Both the position numbers and the translations under genes were made by a program. Source: Candidatus Nanoarchaeia archaeon (lineage in GTDB: Archaea; Nanobdellota; Nanobdellia; Woesearchaeales; SKIA01). Taken from it: a stretch of DNA of 64,000 nt. Positions 1-8,841 of the stretch are shown piece after piece. How positions within the stretch are numbered: position 1 is the first letter of the stretch; each line of letters starts with the position of its first letter. The notes beneath the pieces were generated by a model. It ran no database searches, had not been told where the DNA came from, and saw only the letters and a program-made list of their open reading frames with translations. The stretch spans positions 9-64,008 of the forward strand of contig JANQNG010000051.1 in NCBI GenBank assembly GCA_028279685.1. Reading direction: 5' to 3'.

Positions 1-369
1 ATTCAAATTTACACGGAGTCGTTTTTCAAGATCGTGCTTAATCTCTGTACTGAATTTAAAATAATCTATCTGTACTTCTTTCAGTGCTTCAGTCCGCTCA
101 ACATTAATCTCCGCTACTGCTTCTTCTATCCCTTTGTAATCATCACGTATCTTTTGTTTGATTTGAGCTTCAATATTTTTTTTCTGAGGAATACTCTCAA
201 TAAACTCATCAAAACTCTTCCTGTCATTGATTTTCTGAATTCGCTGTTTATACTCTTGAAAAATCCCTTCATCATGAACAGCACCTGATAATTGCGCAAG
301 CCAGTCTTCCGCAGATAATCTATAGGTTACTGCTAATATATTTGTGAATATTTCATCTTTTGTTACCAT
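1..369 (-). CDS. hypothetical protein, N-terminal 123 codons only (gene runs off the window start); charged and helical, coiled-coil-like
   Basis: Open-ended, so absent from the supplied track. The ATG at 369-367 lies 2 nt after the TAA (374-372) of the 868-aa ORF. I translated minus frame 369->1 by hand and found no stop (MVTKDEIFTNILAVTYRLSAEDWLAQLSG...). Confidence 0.55.
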   Translation of the reverse strand, partial: MVTKDEIFTNILAVTYRLSAEDWLAQLSGAVHDEGIFQEYKQRIQKINDRKSFDEFIESIPQKKNIEAQIKQKIRDDYKGIEEAVAEINVERTEALKEVQIDYFKFSTEIKHDLEKRLRVNLN

Positions 370-371
370 GT

Positions 372-2978
372 TTATTCATCTTCAAACAATTCTTTAATGT
401 AGACATTTCCATTTCTATTCAAAGATCTATAACATTCCTGTTTAATATATTCATCTTCGAATCCCATTGATCGTAATGTATCAACAGCCAAATCTATCAT
501 CTTATATTTCTCCTGCATAATTTCATTGTGCTCAACTTCAATTTTTTTGACAAGTGCAGTGAGTGTATTATTTATTTCTTCTTTCATCTTATTTTGTTCA
601 GCTACTGCAGCATCGTATTTCTTTTTTGCAGCACCTCTGAGTTTTTCAAGAGGATTAGCAAGAATAAGATCACGCTCATGATATGAATTACATCCTCTTT
701 GCCACTCCACAGTAGCCCAGCCCCCTAAAGCATCTCTGCCTCCATCACCAAAATTCTGCTTTAATATTCCTCCTTCTTTAGGAATCTGATTATCACATCC
801 ATAAAATTCGGAATCTTTACGCAGCTTTACTTTAGCTCCAGCTCTCATTTCTCCTCTGAAGATTTCATCAAAGTGAAATGCCTTTTCAACAGGAGCTAAT
901 TTACATTCAATATTTACATTATAACCCTCAATATTAACCCAATGACAGTCTCCTCCACGAGAATGAGTGCCTTTGTATTTTGCAATGGTGTTTTTTTTAT
1001 AACCATTTTCTTTGTCTTTTTCAAGGAGCACAACTTTTTGTCCTTTCTTGAATTTCTTCTTCTGCCCTTCAATAATCCTATATCCTTTAAAAACATACTC
1101 TGACAAGTTTTCTTTAAAATTTACATACTCCTTCTCAGCCATTGTGGCATCTGGATATCGAATAATAAGTTTCATCTCATCCTTAACAGCCTGAAGAACT
1201 TTCCAAGCAAGATTAGCATAACTTACTTCATCAAATTCATTGATCTCCTCAAAGATTGTTCTCTCCTGCAAAGCATCTTCACTAATAATATCTCTATACT
1301 CTTTTACTCTATTATAAAAGAACCATGTTATAACTCCTTCAGGAATACCCATTGCCCTAAACGTATCAAGACTGGAAGTGATTAACTCTTTTCTCCATTG
1401 CTTTTGTTGTGCATATTCTCCTTCAGCCTCTTTAATAATACTTTCAAATTCTTTAAGCAATCCTCCTGTTATCTTTTCAATCTCTTCATTTTTCTTTTTC
1501 ACAGCCTCTTCATCAATCTCTTCAATGTTTACATCGATTTTTTCTATATCAGCATAATTTCTTGGAAGTCTGTCTCCAAATCCAGGAATATGATGAAATT
1601 CGATCTCATAGTGATTATTATCACGCCCTTTGCCAACAATATATCCCCAACTACCTTTTTTAGTGTGTTTATATTTTTCTCCATTAATAACTGTTGCTTT
1701 TCTTCGTCCCGCCTCAAGATTTTCAATATCGAACTCAAGCTCCTCAGCTAATACTATTTCTTCAGGATCTAGGTCAAAATCATATCCATCCAATTCAGAT
1801 CTGAATTCATCACCATCATAAAATCCTAATGTTCCGAGAGGAAGGCCATTAAGCAGAGTGCCATCAGCATATGCATTCCCTTTCAATGCTTTCACCGTAA
1901 TAGCAGATTTGTTCATCTCAGGAGCTTTTTTTGTCTTCTTATACATACTAATTTCAAAATGCAAAAGCTCTCTTTTGAACTTCTCATAATCTTCTTCATC
2001 GTATAAATCATCTAAGACATCACCTAAAAATAGATATAATCCTTTGCGCTCTCTAAGTTTCATTACAATATCTTTTGCAATATCTTCATAATCAAATGAC
2101 TTACTTTCCATCTCTTCAAATTGTTTCAAAATGTCTTGAGTATATCCAAAGCGAGATCGCAATACGCGATTGTATTGCTCTATAGCGTCTTCTATCTTCA
2201 TCTTCCTCAGTTTTTTCGTATGTTTCAATCCAAGGCCGATAATCACTCTTGTAGTTATATCCTCAAGACTTTGTTCAGGATCATTGATCATCTTTTGTAG
2301 ATTTGAAGATTCTTTTTTTGGGAGAAACTGTGCACTTTGTCCGATAAAGATCAATCGTGAAATCTCTTCTATTGTATTGACGAACTGTAAACGATGTTCA
2401 TATCCTTCAGTTAACGGTTTCAAAGCATGTGCAGCAATAAGTGATTCAGAAGAGAATCCTGTGAATAAAGGATTTTGGTATTCTTCGATAATCTCTTCTA
2501 CAACAGGAGTCTTTTTCTCTTCTTCAAGAACAAACTCTCCTGTTTCTATTGAAAATAATCGTTCAAGACTATCTGCAGCAGATCTGCTGAACGCAACAAC
2601 ATACTCATCAAAGGATACATTATGCCGTTCTTTCACAGAAATATGATGTTTAGCTATAGACTCTTTTGCAGCTAAAAAAGAGATGAATGTTTGCATTGAA
2701 GGAACATGCTCATTAGTGAGCATTGTTTTTGCAGATGCCATATTGCCATTTGCAAAATAAGAAGCAAGCATTCCAAAATAAGGCTGCTGTATCTCATGAT
2801 CAATTCTATTTTTTGAATCACTGCGTTCGAGTACAGAAGCTATTTTTTTGACAGGATCAAATGCTACAGGAGCCCATGCTATCTCTTCTTTGCCCCCAAA
2901 TTTTTGATTTTCAATACCTTCATCTAAAAGATCTGCTAAAAAATCATCTTCCTCAATAATCTCTTCTTGTTCTGTCAT
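372..2978 (-). CDS. large hypothetical protein (868 aa) with three SH3/MIB-HERC2-like beta modules and an internal module/coiled-coil/DT(F/L)R(A/S)MG duplication
   Basis: Long ORF whose ATG overlaps the stop of the E1 gene (ATGA at 2975-2978). The module at aa 711-773 (AGAKVKLRKDSEF...GGWATVEWQRGCNSYHERDLIL) fits the G-x-V...W-x-G...V-x-W-x-x-G...Y...DL pattern of MIB/HERC2-type domains. Weaker copies lie at aa ~425-480 and ~641-695. Confidence 0.8.
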   Translation of the reverse strand: MTEQEEIIEEDDFLADLLDEGIENQKFGGKEEIAWAPVAFDPVKKIASVLERSDSKNRIDHEIQQPYFGMLASYFANGNMASAKTMLTNEHVPSMQTFISFLAAKESIAKHHISVKERHNVSFDEYVVAFSRSAADSLERLFSIETGEFVLEEEKKTPVVEEIIEEYQNPLFTGFSSESLIAAHALKPLTEGYEHRLQFVNTIEEISRLIFIGQSAQFLPKKESSNLQKMINDPEQSLEDITTRVIIGLGLKHTKKLRKMKIEDAIEQYNRVLRSRFGYTQDILKQFEEMESKSFDYEDIAKDIVMKLRERKGLYLFLGDVLDDLYDEEDYEKFKRELLHFEISMYKKTKKAPEMNKSAITVKALKGNAYADGTLLNGLPLGTLGFYDGDEFRSELDGYDFDLDPEEIVLAEELEFDIENLEAGRRKATVINGEKYKHTKKGSWGYIVGKGRDNNHYEIEFHHIPGFGDRLPRNYADIEKIDVNIEEIDEEAVKKKNEEIEKITGGLLKEFESIIKEAEGEYAQQKQWRKELITSSLDTFRAMGIPEGVITWFFYNRVKEYRDIISEDALQERTIFEEINEFDEVSYANLAWKVLQAVKDEMKLIIRYPDATMAEKEYVNFKENLSEYVFKGYRIIEGQKKKFKKGQKVVLLEKDKENGYKKNTIAKYKGTHSRGGDCHWVNIEGYNVNIECKLAPVEKAFHFDEIFRGEMRAGAKVKLRKDSEFYGCDNQIPKEGGILKQNFGDGGRDALGGWATVEWQRGCNSYHERDLILANPLEKLRGAAKKKYDAAVAEQNKMKEEINNTLTALVKKIEVEHNEIMQEKYKMIDLAVDTLRSMGFEDEYIKQECYRSLNRNGNVYIKELFEDE

Positions 2979-4468
2979 GCTTCTTGAACCTCTTCTTGCA
3001 AAAGATGAGGATTTGCTTCAACAAATGCAGCAACATCTTCATCTGAAATTTCTAAATCAGGAATATTGTGATGATAACAATCACAGATATCAACTAAAGG
3101 AGAAGTACCGAATCGTTTTTGACCTGTTGATCTGTAGACTTGTTCTCCGTTGAATGGCTCCCCAAAAACATCTGGTCGAAGAACAGTATATGCATCAAGC
3201 ATCGCTGCAACTGCTCCAATAGCGTTGCTCATCACAACAGAAGGATCAGGATTTGCAGCGCAGCTCGCTCTTCTAATCATCTCTTCCTTTCTTCCCTCTT
3301 CATAGATATTGAACATGCAATCCATGCATTGCGTCTTTCCTTCTTGATGTATATCCCATCGTGCGCTATACGGCAATGCTCCTGCGCTTATGGAAGGAAT
3401 TCCTTTTTTGATAGCATATGCTGCATTAATTGCTCTTGTATAACTATTATCAACAAAATCAAACACCACGTCATATTTTATATCAGTATCAAATCCTGGC
3501 AAGATCAAAAGATTATACCCAGTTGATTTTGTTTTTCCTTTGCTCATTTTTTCTATTTTATCAGCAACATGTTCTGCTTTTAGTTTGTCAATACCATCAT
3601 ATGCTAGTATCTGCCTATTAACATTATGTGATTCAAACGTATCGTAATCATACATATCAAGCCTGCCAAATTTCATCAATGTTCCTGCCACGGCACCCCA
3701 GCAGCCTAAACCACCTCCTCCAAGCATAGCAGCAGAAAAATTTTTCAATCCCTTTTCACCAATGAGAGTAGTATTTTCATTCTGAGGAAATCCGAAGCGA
3801 TATCCCTCGCCAAGTTTATACCTCACAGGATCTTCAACTAATGGTTCGCCAAAGATTGCTTTTCTCACCTCTTCTGTAATTACTCCTGCCATAATAAGCG
3901 CCATTAATGCGCTCTGTTGATGTCCTTCAAACATAGGCATAAGAAATGCAGGATCCTGCACTCCATTGACGGTCATAAGTTTTGTATAGCCAGAACGTGA
4001 AGATGTGCTAAGCACGGGAATATCATTCTCTTTTCCATACTGGATCGCCCATCTCTTTGATGCTGCATCATTTGTTGCATCAATAATAACATCAGCACCT
4101 TCTAACGTCAATTGATCTATTCTTGATTCCAGATTAGTTGTATAGCCCTCTATAGTAACCTGCTTATTGATTTTCTGCATAAGCTGAGGATATTGTTCTG
4201 CTTTTGCCCCTTTAGGAACAGACATATCAAGAAACATCTCTCCTCTCTTCACATTACTGCCATCAATCAACACAATATTGCCAACACCTAATGATGTCAT
4301 ACATAACGCAGCATAGACTCCTTGATGATCAAGCCCAACAACAGCAACACGAGCCTGTTCTAATCGTGCTTGTCCATCATCTCCCCAAAGTAACTTCTGA
4401 CGAGCATATCGGTCTTCCTCAATCATCATACCATCTTTCTTTTTCATTGTATTTTCCTCAATGCTCAT
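2975..4468 (-). CDS. ubiquitin-activating E1-like enzyme (ThiF/MoeB/UBA superfamily) with tandem degenerate and intact adenylation domains
   Basis: N-terminal half: DRYARQKLLWG...VAVVGLDHQG...DGSNVKRGE is a ThiF-like fold lacking both the GxGxxG and NxxRQ motifs. C-terminal half is intact: LGGGGLGCWG, DYDTFESHNVNRQ, DFVDN, CMDC...CDC zinc pair, and Cys403 (RRASCAANP) between them. Confidence 0.85.
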   Translation of the reverse strand: MSIEENTMKKKDGMMIEEDRYARQKLLWGDDGQARLEQARVAVVGLDHQGVYAALCMTSLGVGNIVLIDGSNVKRGEMFLDMSVPKGAKAEQYPQLMQKINKQVTIEGYTTNLESRIDQLTLEGADVIIDATNDAASKRWAIQYGKENDIPVLSTSSRSGYTKLMTVNGVQDPAFLMPMFEGHQQSALMALIMAGVITEEVRKAIFGEPLVEDPVRYKLGEGYRFGFPQNENTTLIGEKGLKNFSAAMLGGGGLGCWGAVAGTLMKFGRLDMYDYDTFESHNVNRQILAYDGIDKLKAEHVADKIEKMSKGKTKSTGYNLLILPGFDTDIKYDVVFDFVDNSYTRAINAAYAIKKGIPSISAGALPYSARWDIHQEGKTQCMDCMFNIYEEGRKEEMIRRASCAANPDPSVVMSNAIGAVAAMLDAYTVLRPDVFGEPFNGEQVYRSTGQKRFGTSPLVDICDCYHHNIPDLEISDEDVAAFVEANPHLLQEEVQEA

Positions 4469-6398
4469 CTATGTCATTTCTATCGCTTGTCCCTGAAGAT
4501 CCTATTGGCGTATTATCCCTAATTCTCTTGTATGCCTCAATAACAATAGGGACGTAGTTCTCCAACAGTTTATTTCTTCCTTCTGTACTTGCTTGCGCAA
4601 AGCTATCCATGAACTGCCAGGTAAACTCATCAGCATCTCCAATATAGATCAATTCATGAATTGCATTAGATATAGCATCATCAAGTCTATATGCGCCTGG
4701 CATTTTATGCTTTTTGACAACAAATTCATTATCAGGAATCAAATCACCAACTCTCAATACCGAAGAGGAAACACCGAATAAGAGAGGATCTGTCCTTGGC
4801 CTAGCAGCATACCTATTGACATATGTTGACATCTTATCCAATAAAAACCACGCATAGGTTGAATATTTACATCCTACACTTCTTGCCTCAACAATATAAG
4901 CAGCCAAAGAATAGACAAACCGTTGAGCTATTTCCTCATATTCAAGTGAACTTTCTATCCTAATTTTCATCTCTTGATCATTAGGTAATCTCGTTGATGC
5001 CTTTGTTACTGATCCTCCTTCATTAAGCGCTTCCAATAATGAATTGTCTTCTTCAACAGGTGGTTCCGGCAAAACTAAACTATCCAGGCTTTCCTGTAAC
5101 GTTCTTGGATGCTGATGAATAGGGTAATTTCCGCTATAGATTCCTTCCTGATATATGTAATTTTCATCCTGCCAATTTCTTACTCCAGAAGGCACATTTG
5201 AAACATGAGTTCCATGCATTCCATCTCCTCTAAGAGCACCTGCCACTTTCGCAACAACTTTTTGTTTAGGAGGGAATTTAACACGTTCTTTGACAAGCGC
5301 AGCAACTTCTTCTTTTGTAGGAATATCTATTCCTTTATTCCTCACAATAAGATGCAATCCATTTTCATCATTAGTATCTACGGTAGCATAATTTACTTTT
5401 CCTGTGAGCTTGAATTTCTCCTCAATACCCATCTTAATGTACGGTCCGCCTTTTGCATTATTGAAAACAAAACTTACCGCCGTATGCACTAATCTGGGCT
5501 CGTATGTTCGCTCATCAATTTGCTCTAGCAATCTTGCCAAGAAGTCAGCCTTTTTGAATCCATTGCCATTTGGCTTCAATCCAAATTCATCAAGCAGATT
5601 AAAAAACATCTCATCGTCAGGATAGATGAATCTTTTAACAGCATCTGATAATGCATCACCCTTCAAGCAAAGCTGATCCTCACCATACTCTTTTCTAATT
5701 TTATCTTCAATTAAAGCATACGGTGATTCAATAATACGTCTCGATGTTTTAGCCATTTTATTCACGAGGCTCTTCAAAGACTCATCATCATCTATGCTAT
5801 GATAAAGAGAAGCTTCCTTGTTCCTGTTAGATCCAAAAGGATGAATATGGAACATTGCACCTAAGCGATATTCCGTTCCATTTTCTTTATTCAAAGCCCT
5901 ATTTTCTCTTGCTACTTGATCGTAATGCTCCGCAATTCGGATATCTCTTGAACTAACGGGAAGATCTTTAGGTATAATAAAATCTCTGAATGAAAAAGTA
6001 TCATCGTCCTTATTGATCAGAAAAAATCCTCCTACTTCAAGCGCTTTCTTTCCTTGCTTTTTTGTTTCAGAACCTATCTTATACCCTAATTGCAAACATC
6101 TATCAGCAATATAGATTGTTCTGGGAATAATATCAGTAATAGGCTCTATAGGTTCTGTTTCTTCCTCTTCATCAAGAAAAGTATTAAATAATTCATCAGC
6201 GTAATCTTCATGAATATCATCTAGATTTTCTCCCCTATTAGCAGGACCGTGAATTTGACAGGTTTCATCCAGGCATTCTTCTTCAGCAATAACTTTTGTA
6301 ACAGGAGTTTTTCTCTTTTTTCTTCTCTTCCGACCTGTTTTACTACTTTTTTTATTCGTTGTCATGATCATCACCTTCGAGCGTAATTTTTTTCTCAA
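4458..6398 (-). CDS. JAB/MPN+ (JAMM) metalloprotease-domain protein with basic N-terminal tail and ~430-aa C-terminal extension
   Basis: ALEVGGFFL (Glu121) followed by MFHIHPFGSNRNKEASLYHSIDD gives E...HxH...SxxD with a longer than canonical spacer. The stop overlaps the E1 start by 11 nt. The true start may be Met10 or Met12 (GGTGA upstream). Confidence 0.8.
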   Translation of the reverse strand: MRKKLRSKVMIMTTNKKSSKTGRKRRKKRKTPVTKVIAEEECLDETCQIHGPANRGENLDDIHEDYADELFNTFLDEEEETEPIEPITDIIPRTIYIADRCLQLGYKIGSETKKQGKKALEVGGFFLINKDDDTFSFRDFIIPKDLPVSSRDIRIAEHYDQVARENRALNKENGTEYRLGAMFHIHPFGSNRNKEASLYHSIDDDESLKSLVNKMAKTSRRIIESPYALIEDKIRKEYGEDQLCLKGDALSDAVKRFIYPDDEMFFNLLDEFGLKPNGNGFKKADFLARLLEQIDERTYEPRLVHTAVSFVFNNAKGGPYIKMGIEEKFKLTGKVNYATVDTNDENGLHLIVRNKGIDIPTKEEVAALVKERVKFPPKQKVVAKVAGALRGDGMHGTHVSNVPSGVRNWQDENYIYQEGIYSGNYPIHQHPRTLQESLDSLVLPEPPVEEDNSLLEALNEGGSVTKASTRLPNDQEMKIRIESSLEYEEIAQRFVYSLAAYIVEARSVGCKYSTYAWFLLDKMSTYVNRYAARPRTDPLLFGVSSSVLRVGDLIPDNEFVVKKHKMPGAYRLDDAISNAIHELIYIGDADEFTWQFMDSFAQASTEGRNKLLENYVPIVIEAYKRIRDNTPIGSSGTSDRNDIDEH

Positions 6399-7791
6399 TC
6401 ACCTCAACAACCATATATCTTTTTTCTATGGCCTGTTCTCTTGTCATTGATCCTTGCTTCAGAATATTATCAAGATGATCTCCAAAATATCGATATCCTG
6501 AATGTGAATCAAGGCTCGATTTATTCAGAGGCTGGAGAAATACATTTGCAGCATCACTGAGTTTTCGTATCATATCGCTTATCGTATTTCTATAATCGCG
6601 AGGATTTCTACTAAGATTGCACAGTGTTCTATATCCTCCTGAAGATCTGCCTTTTAAACAAGGATGAAATTCCCTCTTTTCAACAATAAGAGGATTACCT
6701 GTTGTGTATGGTTTTTTATCCCATCCAATTTTGATAGCGACGCGAGTTGCTTCATACGGCCAGAAAACATCATGATTTCTGCCATCTTGCGTAACAAATT
6801 TCGGCAGTCGTGAATAAACATAATAATCTCCATTTTTTAAGATAAACCCGCACTCTCCTAAATCGTACTCATCAAGTTTCGCAAGCTCATGCATCTGCAT
6901 CCCAGTAACTTCTTTTGTTTCAATCTGATCTTTAATCTGATCAAACGCATCCTGGCTTCTTTCAAGAGCATTAATACGCCATTTCTTTTTGCTTCGCTCG
7001 ATAAATTCATGTTCTATCTCTTTAAGAGAAGGTAATCTTTCTTTTGATAGAGATAATATCTTACCATCAATGTTGAATACAAATTGATCTTTTTTTGCAG
7101 CCTTATGTTTCTGCAATGCCAAAAAATTTCTGCCAACAATGTACAATGCAAAAACTTTTCCATCAACAACATATAATGGTTGATATGCAGTTATTTCTCC
7201 CAATAATGATTTTGGAACGCCATTAGTATGTACAAATTGAGGAACAATTGCACCAGTTTTTATTTCTCTTTTCTCTTTTTTGAGCACTGATTGTCTCATC
7301 CTTTCAGCAGGATCCTGCTTTTCTCCCATTTCCATATTGCCGAAATCAGCTGTAAGTTTCTCTCTAATTTCTTTCTTGGCTCTTTCAAGAGGCTGTTCAA
7401 CTTTTGTTTCTTCAAAAATTTCCTCTTGAAGCAACTCATCAGAGACGTATTTTTTACTTAGCAAATACGGTAAAAACTCTTCCATAATGTAATGTAATGC
7501 ATGTATTCTACTCTCTTCTTGCTTCAGTTCACTTTCCGCACGCAATTCTTTATCAATTGTATCTTTGACAAATTCTCTGGAATATGATTCTATACTTTTT
7601 CTCTGTAACTGCTCATCAAGCAATTCCCATTCTCGATAAGAAAGCGATGGCATTATAGGTAATTGTATCTCTCCTGCTTGTAAAAAATCAGAGGATTTGC
7701 CGGAATCAATTATACTAAACACTCTTCCTTCATAAAGAATAAAGGAAGATTCCCTTTCGGCAATCCTTTCTAAAAAACTCGTTATTTCCAT
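6352..7791 (-). CDS. hypothetical protein (479 aa) with candidate E2/UBC-like catalytic core in the C-terminal third
   Basis: aa ~320-425: YYVYSRLP...WPYEATRVAIKIGWDKKPY...REFHPCLKGRSSGGYRTLCNL...ISDMIRKLSDAANVFLQPLN. This resembles the UBC layout: beta sheet, HP(N) flap, Cys, then a helix ending in P-L-N. It sits between the 205-aa ORF and the JAB gene. The assignment is inference only. Confidence 0.45.
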   Translation of the reverse strand: MEITSFLERIAERESSFILYEGRVFSIIDSGKSSDFLQAGEIQLPIMPSLSYREWELLDEQLQRKSIESYSREFVKDTIDKELRAESELKQEESRIHALHYIMEEFLPYLLSKKYVSDELLQEEIFEETKVEQPLERAKKEIREKLTADFGNMEMGEKQDPAERMRQSVLKKEKREIKTGAIVPQFVHTNGVPKSLLGEITAYQPLYVVDGKVFALYIVGRNFLALQKHKAAKKDQFVFNIDGKILSLSKERLPSLKEIEHEFIERSKKKWRINALERSQDAFDQIKDQIETKEVTGMQMHELAKLDEYDLGECGFILKNGDYYVYSRLPKFVTQDGRNHDVFWPYEATRVAIKIGWDKKPYTTGNPLIVEKREFHPCLKGRSSGGYRTLCNLSRNPRDYRNTISDMIRKLSDAANVFLQPLNKSSLDSHSGYRYFGDHLDNILKQGSMTREQAIEKRYMVVEVIEKKITLEGDDHDNE

Positions 7792-7815
7792 TCTTGCATT
7801 ATCTTATTACTAATC

Positions 7816-8433
7816 TTAGCTTTGCAAAGCATATCCTGGCGTAATAATAGCAGATACAACAAGCTCGATACCAGCCATCATCTCAACAGGCTTATCCTTA
7901 TCCATAACACGTTTATCTTTTTCTCCTATTTCATCAATTGGCTTTGGAACCTTCTTTTTGCCTTCCTGAACAAAACCCATCTTAACAAAATAACTATTCA
8001 GCATCGAATCTCCTGTCACTCTCTGTCCATTAACACTAAGAGCATAACCTCTAAAGTTTCCTCCTCGCTTTGCTGCTAAATCTTTGACTTCTCCTGTTCC
8101 TAGCATTTCGTCTTTGATACGATCAATAGCTTCCTGCTGTTTCCTGTTAATATTTCTCTGATATTTTGCTCTGTCTTTTTCAGGAACTGCTTTACCGCTC
8201 AATTTCACTTCTTCGCCAATTGTATACTGTGCAATTTGCTCTGCAGTACCATATGCGAGAATCGCTCTGTCTTGCCCTCTTACCGAGTAGGTAACACGAT
8301 CACCCTCAATACATCCAGGGTAAACAGTTAATGCCATAGGCATATCTCCTATATCATCCAGCGTAAATGCCTTCTTTCTTATCTTCTTTTCACCATCTTT
8401 ATTTTCCGGTCTTTCGCCATCGTATTTTCCCAT
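7816..8433 (-). CDS. hypothetical protein (205 aa); possible Ubl/substrate candidate of the operon
   Basis: ORF preceded by a GGGGGAAAG SD-like motif. Internal ...DLAAKRGG|NFRG (aa 118-128) followed by a ThiS/MoaD-like YALSVNGQRVTGDSM stretch. There is no C-terminal GG. Confidence 0.6.
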   Translation of the reverse strand: MGKYDGERPENKDGEKKIRKKAFTLDDIGDMPMALTVYPGCIEGDRVTYSVRGQDRAILAYGTAEQIAQYTIGEEVKLSGKAVPEKDRAKYQRNINRKQQEAIDRIKDEMLGTGEVKDLAAKRGGNFRGYALSVNGQRVTGDSMLNSYFVKMGFVQEGKKKVPKPIDEIGEKDKRVMDKDKPVEMMAGIELVVSAIITPGYALQS

Positions 8434-8473
8434 TTTTCTTTCCCCCGATATCCTTTAGAATACCAAATCATCA

Positions 8474-8707
8474 TCAGGATGTCTTATCCTCCTTGCCTTC
8501 TACAAGATTATGTATATCCTGAAATTGACGATCATAATTTCTTGTCATAAGATTAATTATTTCTGTGGCATCGCAATCAAAAATAATCTCTCTCCAAAAT
8601 TCAGCATTAAGAAAGCTTCTTTTTAAACCCTCTTTCCGTGTGATGTGCAAATCTAGCTGATTCAACAAAAATGGATAATTATTACGGATTTCCTTCGTAT
8701 CGAACAT
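8474..8707 (-). CDS. hypothetical small protein (77 aa), first gene of the operon
   Basis: ORF only. It is co-directional, 40 nt upstream of the next gene and downstream of an AT-rich promoter-like region. No recognisable motif. Confidence 0.45.
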   Translation of the reverse strand: MFDTKEIRNNYPFLLNQLDLHITRKEGLKRSFLNAEFWREIIFDCDATEIINLMTRNYDRQFQDIHNLVEGKEDKTS

Positions 8708-8841
8708 CTTTCCATCCCGTCACTACGCTCTTTCCCTTGTTAAGAGGATATAAAAATAATTTATAAGCCTTTCGATTTCACACCACTCCAGAATGGTAAA
8801 TAAAGCAAAAAGCTTAAATAATTTTCAAAAATTGCAACCCC

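Noticed and set aside
34-288. 84-aa plus-strand ORF at the window start
   Set aside because: It lies entirely antisense to an uninterrupted minus-strand frame (369->1) that is start/stop-coupled to the upstream operon gene. Its sequence is hydrophobic and low-complexity, typical of antisense AT-rich artefacts.
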